Source: the human T2T-CHM13v2.0 reference genome, Homo sapiens. From it: a stretch of DNA of 64,000 nt. Shown one piece after another: positions 32,016-46,708 of this stretch. Location: NCBI RefSeq assembly GCF_009914755.1, contig NC_060926.1; one strand, written 5' to 3'. The stretch's first letter is position 1, and the number at the start of each line of letters is the position of its first letter. The notes beneath the pieces were generated by a model. That model ran no database searches. It was not told the origin of the DNA and worked only from the letters and a program-made list of their open reading frames with translations. Made by a program: the position numbers and the translations under genes.

Positions 32016-32739
32016 TTACAGAAATCTTGAAACGTGTTCTGTCAGAGTAAAATGCTGTTTCATTGTATTTATTTAGCTTATAGAATGGACTTCTCTTACA
32101 CTATATCCTTTCTGCATATTGTTTATTTGTATATGCTTTATGGGGTTAAGCACTTCTGGTACATTTTTCACGTCAGACAACCTACGGAAGCTAGTAGAAG
32201 TATGGCACGATTAAGTTTATAGGTCATGAGATAAATTTACACGGAGAGGCAAGTTTCCAGCTTCAAGCAAATGACTTATCTGTAATTTGATGCAAGTAAA
32301 ATGACTGACCTTTCAAATGTTTGTTGGGCTTCAAGTGTCCAGAGCAATCGATATGTACATTATTGTTTATATTTTATGCTCCTGATCCCATTAATGTATG
32401 CCTATGGAATGCTGGGACACCATTAGTTTCTGATACTTCTGAAGTATTGGGTGGCATTTATCAAACAGAAAGGCAGCACATATTGACTCGTGACAGTTTT
32501 TGCATTTCTTGAGCTCAATGTTTCATGAGCTGCTTATTCAGTTTTGGTGAGCAAGGCTTTTATTGCTCCAAAGCCGCCTCAATTAAATAATAATGAACCA
32601 ATTTGTTTAAAATGAATCTTTAACTTGCAGACTGATTAATTTCTCCATTGTGAGCATGAGAAGTTGTGTTCTTAGGCAGGAGAGATCAGAGAAGTGCGGT
32701 GGAGTGGAATAATTGCTGGGTGTGTAAATTGTAAGAATG

Positions 32740-32880
32740 ACTGGCGCTGTCTGTAACTGTGTGACTACAGACAGGTCTCTAAGTATTCCTGAACCTCTGG
32801 TTCCTGGTTCCCCAGCTGTAAAAGGGGGTCAGGTGGACCAGATAATCATCAAGATCCCTTTCAGCTTGGACAGTCAATGG
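32740..32880 (+). mobile_element. MIR3-like fragment
   Basis: ctgtgtgact...ctgtaaaaggggg...ggaccagataatcatcaagatccctttcagct. Confidence 0.55.
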
Positions 32881-33080
32881 ATAATGGAATATCGATAGAC
32901 AGACACACGAGCAACATGCAGCCCTACCAGTAAGTGCAAGACTGAGAAGTGGGGAAATCCTTTGGCCACTTTACCCCCCACTTCAGAGAAAGATTTAAGG
33001 GAAATTTGTATTCTTTCCTATTTGCCTAGAGTATATTGGACTTATTCTGGGTCTCTGGGAGAAAGATATTTGGGAAGTAG

Positions 33081-33087
33081 GCATGCG

Positions 33088-33134
<47 letters not shown>
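33081..33134. repeat. (CG/CA)n alternating purine-pyrimidine microsatellite
   Basis: gcatgcgcacgcgcgc followed by a CA repeat, giving 54 bp of uninterrupted alternation. Confidence 0.95.
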
Positions 33135-33136
<2 letters not shown>

Positions 33137-34769
33137 CACATAGGCCACTCTCTTTCTCTACTTTACTCCTTCCCATTCCACACACCTAATCCTCATCCCA
33201 CACAAAGGTGCTTAAATTAAAAAGTGCCACTTGTTATAGGGGTGGAACAGGAACTCAGTTCTTCACTGAAGAGACAGGAAACAGTTACTCACTTCTGTAT
33301 TAATTAACTCTCCCTTTCTAGGGTTTTATTATTGGAGAGTCTAATGACTTAAAATTAATCATCCACGGTCCAATTAAAAATCATGAATTGAGAATTGCTT
33401 TCTAAATTCTCTGTTTTATTGACAAATTGCTGCATCATTGAAGCTATAAGACATGTCATCCATTATTAACTTTGATGGCATTAAAACAGATAAATTAAAT
33501 CTTTTAAGCAGAAATGAGTTCTCACAAAGACTGCTCTTCCCAAGTGCACACGGTCTCAATTTTCTCTGAATTTCAGCCCACTTATTTGAGTCTATTCTTG
33601 TTTCACTTAGATTGTATTGATTGTTTAGTAAACATTAACTGATGATAGAGGCTTCTTAATATGAGCAGATAATAGATAATCAATGTGTAATGCAACTTAA
33701 GTGATAAAATACTTTTGCCAGGAATATACAATCTGCCATAAGGGCTGGAAATGCCTGCATTAAAAAAAATTAAAACATACAATGAAAATTTTAGAAAGGA
33801 AACCTGTCTCTTCAATGTATGAAAAGTTAAATTTACTCTCAAGACAATGACAATAGATAGCAAATATATAAAAAATGCTATTTCCAAGGCACATTAAAGA
33901 TATAAACATATGTATTTAGAAATAAGTGTTCTTTAAACACTTATGGTTTGCATTAGGATAAGGGTAAAAGGCAATAATAAAAATATTATTAAAATACATT
34001 CAAAATTTGAACTCAATAATTGACTTATTACAGAGGCAAAACATTCTTACCTTGGCTTTTGCAAAATTCCTTATTCTTACTATTATTTACTTCTTCAACT
34101 GAAAACAACCTTTTGTTTCATAATCAGAATCTTATTTTTCTAACATCGTAAGTATGAATTTACTGTTTACAGCTTCAGTATCTGCTGTGTAACACATGGT
34201 ATGCTGGGGGTAAAAAGGACTTACACAAGTTTTTAATAGTTCAAATTAGACCCGCCTTTTATCCCACAATCCCTTTTGTGTGTCTCATTATTGATCAGAG
34301 TTGTGCTGTTCTTTGAACCCTGGGAATTACCAGGATAGGGTTTTATTTGACTGTTTGTCTCTTTAGCAAAATTGTTGCCAACTTTGACCTTTCAAAAATG
34401 TTTGTGACAAGGTGTTTGCTGTTAATTGCACACAGGAAGGAGTGAAAAGCCTCCCAGTTGAATCTCATATTTACCAGAAGAGGAGATTTCTTTTTTGGTA
34501 AAATCTGAGTCTTAAGAGGAGACAGGTTTTGGTTGTTGTTTGTACTTTAACATAGCAATGTAGCTTGAGAAGGTTACTATTTTCTAATTAGCAGACCCAT
34601 TAACAGGATAAAGAAAGAAAGGATATGGCTTTATATAAAGTATGTTGTAGCTCCACTGGCCTAGATCCATTTTTCACCTCTAGTGGAAATTCAGTTCAAT
34701 AGAGATACAAAATTGCAGGATTGGAAAGGGCCTTAAAGATCATATAATCATATCAACAGATGCAGAAGA

Positions 34770-35030
34770 AGCTCTTAATTAATGCCAGACTCTGTTCTAT
34801 ACACGTATAGAAAGCACTTATTAATTCATTTAACCCTTAGAGCAACCTTATGAGGCATGTACATTTTATTATTATTTCAATTTCCCTTTCTTTCACAGAC
34901 AAGGGAATTGAGGCACAAGGAGGTGATGCAATCACCTACAGCTAATTACTGTCAGAGTAAGGAAATGAACCCAGGTGGTCTGTCCCCAGTAGACAGTCTC
35001 CTTTTTCCTTCATAGTCTGCTTCCTGGTTA
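34770..35030 (-). mobile_element. MIR
   Basis: ttcatttaacccttagagcaaccttatgagg...ttcacagacaagggaattgaggcac...gaaatgaacccagg. Confidence 0.7.
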
Positions 35031-35044
35031 CTGTGCCTATTTGA

Positions 35045-35252
35045 TTTTCTTTGTAGCATTTTTTTGCTAGTTGAAATGATCCAACTCATTTTCTTCCCCT
35101 CACTTATTATCTGCCTATCTCCCCTCTGCCACATTAGACTCTAAGGTCCAGGAGAGCAGGGACTTTTGCTCACTGCCATTTCCACTCAGGTCTGGAGTAA
35201 TGGTGCATGCAGTGGTTTCTTAATAAAAATTCAGTGAATGAATGAATGAATT
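35045..35252 (+). mobile_element. L2 3' end
   Basis: ttagactctaaggtccaggagagcagggact...taataaa...(tgaa)n tail. Confidence 0.7.
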
Positions 35253-36437
35253 TGAGAAAACGCAGTAGGGACAGTGAGAATGGAAGAGGCTGTTGGGTTG
35301 GAGGATGGCTCCCTAGTGAATGTGGTGGGAGAATCTTCTTACCAGCCTGACTGATGAGAGTGGGAATAAGGGAATGGGGGCATCAAGAGTGGGCTCAGTT
35401 TTCAAGAAGGTTGACAGTAAGGAAAGCAGGGGCAGGAGAAATAGCAATTAAGGTTTTATGCTTTCGTCAGAAAACCTAACAGGAACCTTCCTCTTTTGCA
35501 ATGGAAGAATGCCCCCTTGCTCCTCTTTAACGATTATTATTATGTGAAGACCCATCTCTGGCTCATTTTCTCATCGATTTGATCTGCTTAAACACCGAAG
35601 TAATGGTTTGACCACAGAATTATCATCTGCCGTTATGCATTTCACCCGGGGTGCACTCCTGGGTAGTAATTTCCCAGGATCATCCTTGGGGGAGCAGGCC
35701 TTCCCTTGTCAATATCTGTGGGGTCAGAAAGCCTATAAAGTACCAGCAAATTGGCTTTGGATCCCAGGAAACACGTCCTCTGTCCTTTTCTACACAGTCT
35801 TTGAAGTTGCCTATAGCATTATAATTTCTTTTCCTGGACATTACACCAGGATAGAGAACATAGAAAGAAAGAGTGAGTGTGTCGACATGGGTGGCGCTGA
35901 ACCACCCCATTGTGGTCTGTGTCCTGCGAGGCCAACCAGAAACATTTCCATGACATAGTTCTGGTTCTTGATGTGTGCAGTAAGCAGCCCCTCACATCCC
36001 AATAGCATTTCCTACCATCCAAAGGAAGGTAATACAGAAATTTCACATTTAAAAGTTAAACCCCTTTAAGGTGGTTTTGGTTAGCTCTCCCTACGGTTTC
36101 TCTAATTAGGTGCTTGTATGAAATCGCAGTGGAAGGAACATCTTGTTTTTACAGAGACTCTCTATTTTGAAGCCAGATACTGCTACTATTTCAAGGAAGA
36201 AAATACCGCCCTCTTTTAAAATATAGCAAAACATGTTGTCTCTTTCTCAGCATCAATTACAAATCAAGATTCTCTTCTGAATTCTTTTTGTAATCTGTGT
36301 TCTCTTGTTCATAATTTAGAAATGTTAATAATTCAAGTAGGACTCTACTTGAATTGATAATACTGACTAGTATTATCAACCAGACAATAAATATTAAGAT
36401 TTAAAGTGCACGTTTTGTACCATGACATTACTTGGCC

Positions 36438-36640
36438 CAGTGTTTCTCAAAGGAGGTGCTTTAAGTATTTGGGGGACAGGCAAATCTTCCCTGTGAGGAG
36501 CTTTCCCAGACATTGCAGGATGTTGAGCTTCCTTGGTTCTGGGTCACAACTTCCAGTAGTACCTGCCAGTTATTGAATGACTCAAAGCATCCTCATGTGT
36601 TTGCAATAGACCTGTAAGGGAAGGTAGTATTTCCCTTGGC
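36438..36640. mobile_element. MER20-like hAT relic
   Basis: cagtgtttctcaa...cattgcaggatgttgagc...ccagtagtacc. Confidence 0.55.
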
Positions 36641-36652
36641 CGTGACCTGGCT

Positions 36653-36885
36653 CAGGGATCATAAACACAAATGCTTATGATGCCAGAGGCCAGCCAGATA
36701 ACATAAATTTGTTAACCTGCCTCAGTGTAAGGGAATTCGGAATAGTATGCCCTATGCTTGCTGGAAAAATGTGCATGACTTGTTTGGAGGCATTGAAGAT
36801 CAAAGTTGTAATAAACACTATGCTGGTCAGCAAAATTCTCCTTTCTGCCAAATTTGGCTCCCCAGCCATCAGGCTTCCACCCCAG
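36653..36885. mobile_element. MER102-like hAT relic
   Basis: cagggatcataaacacaaatgc...gccagccagataacataaat...aacactatgctggtcagcaaaa...aaatttggc. Confidence 0.4.
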
Positions 36886-39028
36886 ACTAGCTCCTGTCTA
36901 TCAGTCCAGCCCATCTATCCACTCTCCACTTTGTACACAAAGATTTAGCTACACTGACTCAGCACATAGGAGGCTTGACTTAAATACTAGTTGAATAAAT
37001 GAATAAATGAAAATTATTCTAGGCCTTTAACCAACTTATGAGAAGTTTATAAGAGGAGCATTGATGATTAAAATTTCCCCCTAGGCCACACCTGCTGTGG
37101 GTTTTTAGGTGGCATCCTGGATTTCTTCTAAGTCCTCTCCTGGCATATGAATCGAGGCTTATCTTTTGTTTCCTGCATCTGTTCCATTTGTCCAATAGTG
37201 CACTGGTTTTGATGCATAATAGGTGTAATTTAAACCTCAGATTGTAAAAACTTACCTCACAAACTCTCCTCACTGTGCTTTGCCCAGTAGTGTGCTGCTT
37301 TCTCAGAAATGTCATGGAGCAGTGGCCTGAGATTCCTTTATACTAGCAATGTGCTCTACTTCTTCTAGTTCTTGGCAGGGGACAAGGAATTGCTCCCACC
37401 CCAGGCTGATCTGGCCTTATTGGTACTAGAAAGTGATTTTAGTGGAACTAAGAACTCCTCCCATTTCAAAGTAAAGACTTCTCCGAATATCCCCTAAATT
37501 CTTTCTCCCTTTCTTCCTTCTCTCTCTCAAGTATTTTAACCTATTCCCCTGGGTTGGAACTCTCCATGAAAAATACATTTTGCTGATTTTTCACCCTCTT
37601 CTTGTGATCTTATTTGGCCATATAACCCCCAAGCAGAGCAGGAAACATGGCATTCAAAGGTAACAGAGTAAACTTCTCCTCCGTACTCAGGGGCTTAAGC
37701 AACTCGGTTTCCAGAAGTTTATGTAGAAAATCTTTTTACTAATGGGTCAAAGATTCCCAGATGCTCACAACATACCATTTTTTCCCTTGATATTATTATT
37801 TCATGAGACTGTTTTAAACATAAAGAAATGTTGTTAATTCACACATCATTTTTTCTCCTTTCCCTTGCACAGTCTGCGTGTATTGGTTTGGTTGGTTTTG
37901 AAGCAGAACACACACTTGACCAGCCATTTGGTTTCCCACAGCCAATATGCACATGTCCAGGGTGTTCCCCTGTGATTTTCAAGGCCTGGTTTTCTTCTGA
38001 TAAGGTCAGAAGCACACACAGCTTATCCACATCTGCTGTGTTCCTTGAGGTCAATCAGAATATTTTTCCTTCTGGGACTAATGGGAATCTCCCAGAGAGA
38101 AACAATTATTGCACGTGAAAAATCTATTGATTTACATTGCATGGTTCACCTATTATTTAGGGTTCAGGGACACTTTTTGAAACTGGGAGAGCAATTCAGG
38201 GGATTCAGAATGAGAAGATACTAGTGAATACATTCATGCCATACATTTCTGAGTATTTGCTGCTACTGCTATTAGAAGTGCAGAATGCTGAATTCAGTTG
38301 CCACAAGTTGTCAAGAATGTAAGTCATCCAGCATTACTGACTTCATTGGTTGAATTATAAATCCACGATAATAGTGTTGGGCACAATCACAGATTAAAAA
38401 ACGGTGAACGGAATTGTGAGTGTTCCCATTTGTGTGATTTCCCACTTCTCTTTTTCTTTGCTTTAAATGTGAGGCCCATTTTCTATGGCTCCTGATGCTG
38501 ATTTGGATGGAAACAAGGAGCAGATGACTCCATGTTGCAGAAGGCAAGAGCACTGGGTTTCCAGTTATAGGGATTTACTTCTCATGTGGTCCATGTTGAA
38601 ATTTTCAAAAGAAATGTGGGACCATGACAATATACTATGTGTTGTCATCTGGATCCAGGAATCAAACAAATAGTTAAAAGCCTTCAATAAACTATCTACC
38701 CTTTGGCTCTTTGTTTCAATGTATTTTTGTCACAGAATATTTTTTCCACAGTTGCAAGCCAATTAACTGGACTCCTAGTCGCTTACCCTCCTTTAGGAAT
38801 TAGACGACCTGCGTCTAAATCCCAGTCTCAACCCTTATCAGCTGTCTGTCTCTTTGTTCTGGGTTTATACCCATGGAATATGAAAGATACTAAGCATCTC
38901 ATGATTATCTTGTGAAAAATAAATTAAACTCACAAAATATCTAGTATAATTGACACTCCACATTAAACAAACAGTCAAATTTGTATTTTTACATTCTGGA
39001 GAGTCTAATACGTAATGAAGTAACTTAA

Positions 39029-39384
<356 letters not shown>

Positions 39385-39564
39385 AGCTTTTTTAAAAATA
39401 GAGAGATTTTCTGCAGGCTTAAGAGATGGAAACTTGTAAGTTGTTATTCCTTTTGGGTATAGGACTAAGGCAATTCTCTAAAGATTTTGTACTGGGGTCT
39501 TTATTTCAGTGCCCTTATACTTTTACATCCACTGAGGCAGTCAATAGAAAATGCATTAATTGGT

Positions 39565-39725
39565 AGCCTTAGTCTTATCATCCGTGAAACTGGGTTAGTA
39601 ATTGTGACGATATCATAGGATTTGGTGATGACTGGATGAGATAAAATATATAAGGAGCTTTGCATGGTGCCTGCCACAAACTAAGCATTCAATAAATAGT
39701 CAATTAATAATATTATCATTATTTA
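39565..39725 (+). mobile_element. MIR 3' part
   Basis: ccttagtcttatcatccgtgaaactggg...ggtgcctgccaca...gcattcaataaat. Confidence 0.6.
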
Positions 39726-42364
39726 TAAAGATCCTATCACAGAAGTTGCTACATTTCCATAGGGAGATTGTAAAGGATGGAACATATTATATCCAAGCTC
39801 ATTCTAGCTATACTATATACACTTCTGTAATTTTGATAAATCTAAGATAGTAGAACAGTATTGAAGACTCCATTTTTGACTTGGATAATTCTGAATGGCA
39901 TTTCTCATATAGGAAAATTCACATTTTAAAATCTCAAAATGGTAAAAAGCCCCAAGACAAACACTAAGTAGCATCCAGCTATTTCTCCTTTCAAATGGGT
40001 ATAATTTTATGACAACATCTTTTTCAGCTGCAGAGACCTTCAAATCTGTTTTAGAGTTATTCTGTTTTTTCCCTAGAAAAATAATAAACACAAACGGTTA
40101 TAAATGAATCAGTATGATTTTTTTCCTCCCGATTAGAGAGCATGATGGCCTCAGTTGCTTGCAAGGCAAAAGTGCTGATGCAGGAAGGCCTAATTGATTG
40201 GAACAATATACGGTCTGGCTTAATGCTTTAGGTCAAATCCTTGGAAAATTATACATTCTTTACGCAAAATTAATTGTGTTGCAAGCATCTTTCCCATCAA
40301 ATGCCATTTTTTTTTCTTTTGCCCATTTGGCACCAACTTTGACTTGTAGGGATGAGTCATGGGTAGCATTGTCACATAGATTCAGATGCTGTTTGTGGGC
40401 AGGAATTAAGTTATGAGTATTATTCTCCTTGTTATTTTTACATTTTGTCAATGTCTCCTTTTGCCATTAGAACAGCTCACCATTTCTCTTTCTTCTGTTT
40501 TGGGAGTCTGCAGGTTGTGGTTTGGTCCTATTGTGGGATAGGTTTTTTCCTCTCTGGCTGACAGACATTCTCATCATGTGCTTGGGCTCCCTGGTGGATG
40601 GGTATTAGGCTTATGCTCAGCCTGGTCTTACAGTGCCATGGCCCTCAGAGAGGCTAGAGATACCTTCACTCGAAGTGGCATACTTCCCGTTATATGCTCT
40701 CCCCTGTAGTTTCTTGTCCTTGCACCTTACTGCCCTCGGTTGGGCTGTTTAGATGTGGCTGAGTGAGGAGCAGGCCCTTTGCGCCTCCCTTTTTCCTCTG
40801 AAGCGCTCAGAGTCTAGGCCAGTTCATTGTTGATGCGCTGGCAGGTGGGGGCTTTCTGGCCTAGAATTGACAAGTAGGTGGATGTGAGGATTGAGGGAGA
40901 TGGGGGACTTTGAACATGACTCACAGGTTTATAGATTGGGCCAGTGGTTGGCTAGGGCTGGTGATAACTAAGATAAAGAATGGGAAGTAGTTTTGGTTGG
41001 ATAAATGGTAAGTCTAGTTTTGGAGGTGAGTTGGCTCTGCCTTCAGAGCATCCTTCAGGTGGAGATGCACGTGTGGGCTTTTGTGAATGAGCATCTGCAG
41101 CTCAGCATCTGTCAGGCTTAGGAGAATGGAGGCTCAAAGGGAGGCTCTGCTCCTTAAAGCCACTTTTAAAATTGCAGTGCTGAATACATCTGGCTCCCCA
41201 AAACTGCTGATGTTGTTGAATATACCAGATGTCTCAGAATTTTGAAGAGCAGGAATCAGGGTAATGCATTCCTAAACTCAGCAGCACGTCTGCGTATTAC
41301 AACCATATGTAGAAGAAAGGTGCCTGCAGGATGGAAGTCTCCCAAATGCAAAGCAGGGTAGGTGAGCCTGAGTCATTTCACGTATGGGGCTGGCATGAGG
41401 CACTCAGAGTGGTTTGTGCAATTCCCTTCAACCCCTTTCACTCAACTCAAGCTTAAATACAACACAATATATTAATATTAATTAAACTATAGAGTTAGTT
41501 ATCCTAATTGCCATCAACATACATTTATCAGAATTCTCCTATTTTGGGGTTTACTCAGGTTTGTCACTATTCTCGGTTACCACCGAAGTCTAGTTGTGAA
41601 GGTTTAAGAGTGATTTTCTCTGAAAATCTCATTCCCTTACATCAAACATTGTGTGGCAAAGTGAATATTTTGCTGTTGGTTAGTGTGATAGCAAAAAATT
41701 TTGAAAGGAACTTTTAAAAACCAATTTTCCATATGTGTCTTTATTTTTAGTCTTCATCTTTAGGGCATGGACCTTGGGATTTTATTTTCTCTGTAAAACT
41801 TTCTACCATCCCTCTGGCTAAAAGAGGGAAAAGCTAAAACCCACATATTTAGAGGTGTGTACAGACTGGGTTAGGGGCTCTTGATCATGAGCCTGAGAAT
41901 TGGGAACACTGCGGTGAACTCTCTGGGACATTCAAGAATAAGAGAAAAATGCTGAAGGAATCTAGCAATGCTGGCATTGCATAGAAAACATTTTTTGAAA
42001 ACAAATGTGCTAGGAGGGGCTTTGAGAAATCCTCTTGGGGCTTCCTTTCTTTGGCAGCTGAAGCAGTATTGACCTCATTGTACAGCCGAGGAACTGAATC
42101 CTGGAGAGCTTCAGAGAGAGCTTTGGTGACTTGGCTAACATGCAGCACGGAAAATGAAGTGGAGGCTAATGGAACACGAATGTTGGTCCACCGTTCTCAC
42201 CACCACCTTACTCTGCCACCAATAGAAGGCCATTGTCAGCAAAAGGAGAACATGAGCTTCCTTAGCTCTCTCTAGAGTTTGAAACTCCTGGAGGTTGAGC
42301 ACCCATGACATTTCAGAAGGACTTCATTTTTCGGACTTGTGGCCCCATATCAAGCCCAGCAGAG

Positions 42365-42610
42365 ACACAGCAGTGGACACTGGTTAAGAACTCAGCACTG
42401 AGTCAGATAGTCCAGGGTTAAATGCCTCCTCTGCTACCTACCGGTTTTATGACCTTGGGCAAGATACTTAATGTCTCTAACACTCAGTTTATTTATCTGA
42501 AAAGTGGGGACAGTATGACTATTTGATTTTGTTGTCAAGATTAAATGTGTGATCATCCCTGTAAACCACACAGCCCATGACGTCTAGAAGCATCGACCAC
42601 TGTGGTTGTT
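42365..42610 (+). mobile_element. MIR
   Basis: tggttaagaac...gggttaaatgcc...tgaccttgggcaagatacttaatgtctct...ctcagttt. Confidence 0.75.
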
Positions 42611-44084
42611 GTCAGCTCACCACCCAAGGGTGGTGAAAGTGAGTGCTTACTCACACTCATTTGACTTGTGTCTCACAATATTGAACACGCTCACGCACAT
42701 CTCAGGCCTTTTTGCTCTGTGTTTTCCTTTACACATCCCAAGCCGTTGCTAACACTTTACACAATGTGAAGAAAGCAAAGCCCCTTTCCTTTGTCTCTTC
42801 ACCTTCTATTTCTTTCACCTTCTCTGCCCCTCTTTGGAGACACTGAGTGAGGAGATCCTCGCATTCGCACTTGTGTCTCTGGCACTGCCCACTCTGCCTA
42901 TTCAGGCTCCCACTCCCTGGACCCTTTACTTTCTTTTCAGCCAATCAAAATTTACCCTTTGCTGCCTTGTACCCAGAGCGTATAGATTCCTGGTCTGCAG
43001 GTTGCATCCAACCTCAGAAGTATTTTCTTTGACTGGCACAATGTTTAATTTTTTTAAAAAAATTATTAGTTACTTAGTTTTAAACATCAGGAAATTTCAT
43101 ACACACACACACTGAGAAATGGTGTGTGTCTTTGCGCCCTACCTTTCCTAATGGCAGCCACTAGCTGAATAGCAGCTGTCCTCTCCAGACGGGCATGTGC
43201 TGCTCCAGTTCACCATAATCCTCACCCATCACGCCTTGTACCAGGCTGCCATATTATTTGCATTCCTGTCTGGACCCTATAATCATTTACTTTTGTGACC
43301 TAACAAATTTAAATCCCAAAAGGTAGTAATTGGTGGAGTGGCTTAATGTAGCCTGTGACTTTCTCACATTCCCCATATATTAAGCATTAGCGTACATTAA
43401 CTGCCTTTTTCATGCTGGGTTAAGGCGACGAACAGACATTTCAAGCCAACTCACAGTAGTACTGTTTGCCAGTGTAGACATGGGAGTATTACTATCTTTT
43501 CGTATGTCAGTATTTGGGTAATGTTTGAATCTGTATCTGACTTTTGCTTTTTCTACTTCAAATGTTATAAAAATGAATGGAGGTGAGAAAGGTGCTAATA
43601 CCAGTGTTATAAAGTTTGATGTCACTCAATGCAATATTTGCTAGTCTCGTTCAGTCATTCACTGGGATTTAAGCTGGAAACTTAAAGAGTATGTGTCAAA
43701 TGCAGGAAACAAATCATCAAAGGCCAGGTCCATAAGAGGAAGTGTATTTTCTAACATTTTAGCTTTCTCAGAATGGAACTGCTCTTAGAATGTATCAGCC
43801 TATCGTTCCATTTTTCCATCTTCAAATCTGATAAAGTTTTCAGGAATATTATATGCATATAAAATGTTCTGCCTGTATTTTTGTTGGCTTGTTTATTTTT
43901 CAGAGTACTCTTAGAGACACGAAGCCTTACCCAAAGAGAAGAGATTTCACTGGTAGATTTCATTAGGTCTGATGCAGGCCATTGGGGTAGATTATTGGGG
44001 AATATATCCTAAGCACCTAGCAGGTGTCAGGTTCTCTTGAGCTGTCACAGCGGTCCTGTGAAGTAGGTTTTGTCCCTGTTCAGT

Positions 44085-44592
44085 GAGGCAGCGTGGTGTC
44101 TCAGTCTGCCTAGGTCTGTTTTTTTGGCGTCTCTGCTGACTTGCTCTGGGGCCTTGGGCAGGTAACTTAACTTTTTTTTTTTTTGAGCCAGGGTCTCACT
44201 CTGTCGCCCAGGCTGGAGTGCAGTGACATGATCTTGGCTCACTACAACCTCCGCCTCCCAGGTTCAGGTGAATCTCATGCCTCAGCCTCCTAAGTAGCTG
44301 AGATTAAAAACGTGCACCACCATGTCTTGCTGATTTTTGTATTTTTAGTAGAGACAGGGTTTCCCCATGTTGGCCAGGCTGATCTCAAACTCCTGGCCTC
44401 ATGTGATCTGCCCGCCTCGGCCTCCCAAAGTGCTGGGATTATGGGCGTGAGCCATCGCACCCCGCCGTAACTAAACTTTTATAAGCATTAGTTTTGTCAT
44501 CTGTAAGATGGTTTATGGTAATACATAAAATAATAAGTGTTAGCAATTCCTGGCACAAAATAAGTACTCAGTATATGTTGGCTGTTGTTATT
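44085..44592 (+). mobile_element. MIR split by an Alu
   Basis: gccttgggcaggtaacttaac [Alu] ...tcatctgtaagatgg...cctggcacaaaataagtactca. Confidence 0.65.
44172..44466 (-). mobile_element. Alu (older S or J type), full length
   Basis: Dimeric Alu in reverse. TSD gtaactWaac at 44162-44171 and 44467-44476. Confidence 0.93.
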
Positions 44593-45574
44593 TAGAGTAA
44601 GGTCCTGAAATCCTTCCATTTCAGATAGCTGACTACTCTTCTTCCAGGCTTAGCCTACCAAAGGCAGAGGTGGTTACTCTCTGTTGTGGGTGGGGGGTGG
44701 GGGGACCTCCTCACTTCATAGATTAACTGTAGAAATTACTTGGAACTGGAGATCAGCTTTTTGCCACTCTGGTTCTGTCCTTGGTCCCTCCCTTTCTCAC
44801 CTGACCTTTTGCACAGCTTGGCTTCCTGTCTACTGCTTCTTCCTTGCTTAAATGAAGTTAATATCCCCCTCTGATACCCTTCTCCACAGTAGCCTACATG
44901 TTATTTCCCCATAAAGCTCAAATGATTTCATTGAACTTTATGATGCCTGTGAAAGATGTGGATGATTATCCTCAGTCTGGCCAGCAGTTTTAATTAGAGG
45001 GACTGTGAAGTGTGCTGTTAATTAAACGAGTTATTTTTAGACATACGTGTTCATTAGTCCTCTGGAACACCTCTTCCTTCAGATTTTTAAAAATACAGGT
45101 TAATTTATGGTGTGGATAGGAGTCATTAACTCTTTAACTTCATCTTGTCTAGCAAAATCCCTCCTTTGGTTTCTCTGTTGCTAGAGAACCAGAGTGAAGG
45201 CAAGGTGGACGTGGCAGCTGGAGAGCAAAGCTGCCTTTCTTCCCGTTGTGCATGCTCTACAGTGACACCTCCCAAAGACAGTTTGAAGCTGCAGAGATTT
45301 GCTCCAAAATACTCTAATATTAACTACTTTTGAGCTTCAAGATGGAATTCAGCCCTAAGAGCTATTGAGTCCTTTTAAACACACAGAGCTATGCTGTCAT
45401 CATGAAATGATTCACCCTTCAGTTTGCATTCTGGCAAACTTACCCCCGGGGCTGTCTCTAATGTCTTATAGATTGGATCAAATTGAACTTCAAACATTTT
45501 TATAAAATTTGAGGCAAGAATATACCAATTAAACATATGTATGTTATTGTATGTATATGAGCCATATGTATTCA

Positions 45575-45870
45575 AAAAATACATGAATCTTCAAAAGATA
45601 CATGCTGTATGATTCCATTTTACATACTTCTTGATTCCATTTATAGAACATTCTCAAAATGACAAAATTATAGAAATGGAGACAAGATCAGTGGTTGTCA
45701 GGTGTTAGGGACATGGCGTGACTATAAAGGGGTAAACGGGTAATTATTTGTAGTGATGGGTCAGTTCTGTATCTTGATTGTGATAGCTACATGATAGGTA
45801 CATGAATCTTTACATGTGACCAAATTTCACAGAACTAAACACAAACACACACAAAGAAAGACAGAAAGGA
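45575..45870 (+). mobile_element. L1ME/MC-like 3' UTR fragment
   Basis: tgattccatttatagaacattctcaaaatgacaaaattatagaaatggaga...tctgtatcttgattgtg, similar to 9210-9430. Confidence 0.75.
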
Positions 45871-46484
45871 AAAGCAATCACAGCAAGATATTTATGTATT
45901 ATGACATGTATTAGGTCAACTATGCATAAATACAGCAAACAAAATAGAAAGTAAATAATTGCATGTGGCTTTCCCTATGATCAAGACATAAAAATCTCAA
46001 GTTAACAAAGGGTTATTTTTGCATTAGAATGTAACGGGGCTTTAACACATGAATTTATAAATGCTCATTCTTATTGTGAACATTAGCCTCTGTGTGGTCA
46101 GTCATCAATAACGCAGAATTTATGGGAAGTATCTATCTCTTTTTCCTCTTTCCCTTTATCACCATCATCTTACTTCGATGTGACTATTGACTGTGATTGA
46201 TTTTTAGGAGTGTGGCTGTAACTGAGAAGACCACCTTCTCTCTGTTGTTGACTCTCGATTTTCTTGGAAACATTAACTCCTTACACATGCCCAGTCTTGA
46301 TAGATTGTGAGGGGTTTAAGCTTATCTTGTGGGATTTCAACCTTCTTTGTTTAATGGTCCCCAATCAGTGATCCTTCACACCAAATTCCTCATGCTTCAT
46401 GGGGAAGGGGTACTATTTCCCATGGTGGAAAGTGATCTAACAGATAAATGATATGACAACATGTTAAATCATCTTGGGGTAATT

Positions 46485-46708
<224 letters not shown>

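Noticed and set aside
38422-38445. CATTTG-N5-TTTCCCA as a second PTF1 site
   Set aside because: CATTTG is not a preferred PTF1A E-box, and there is no supporting motif cluster.
44688-44704. G-rich run as a possible G-quadruplex
   Set aside because: Only three separate G-tracts, so a canonical four-tract intramolecular G4 is doubtful.
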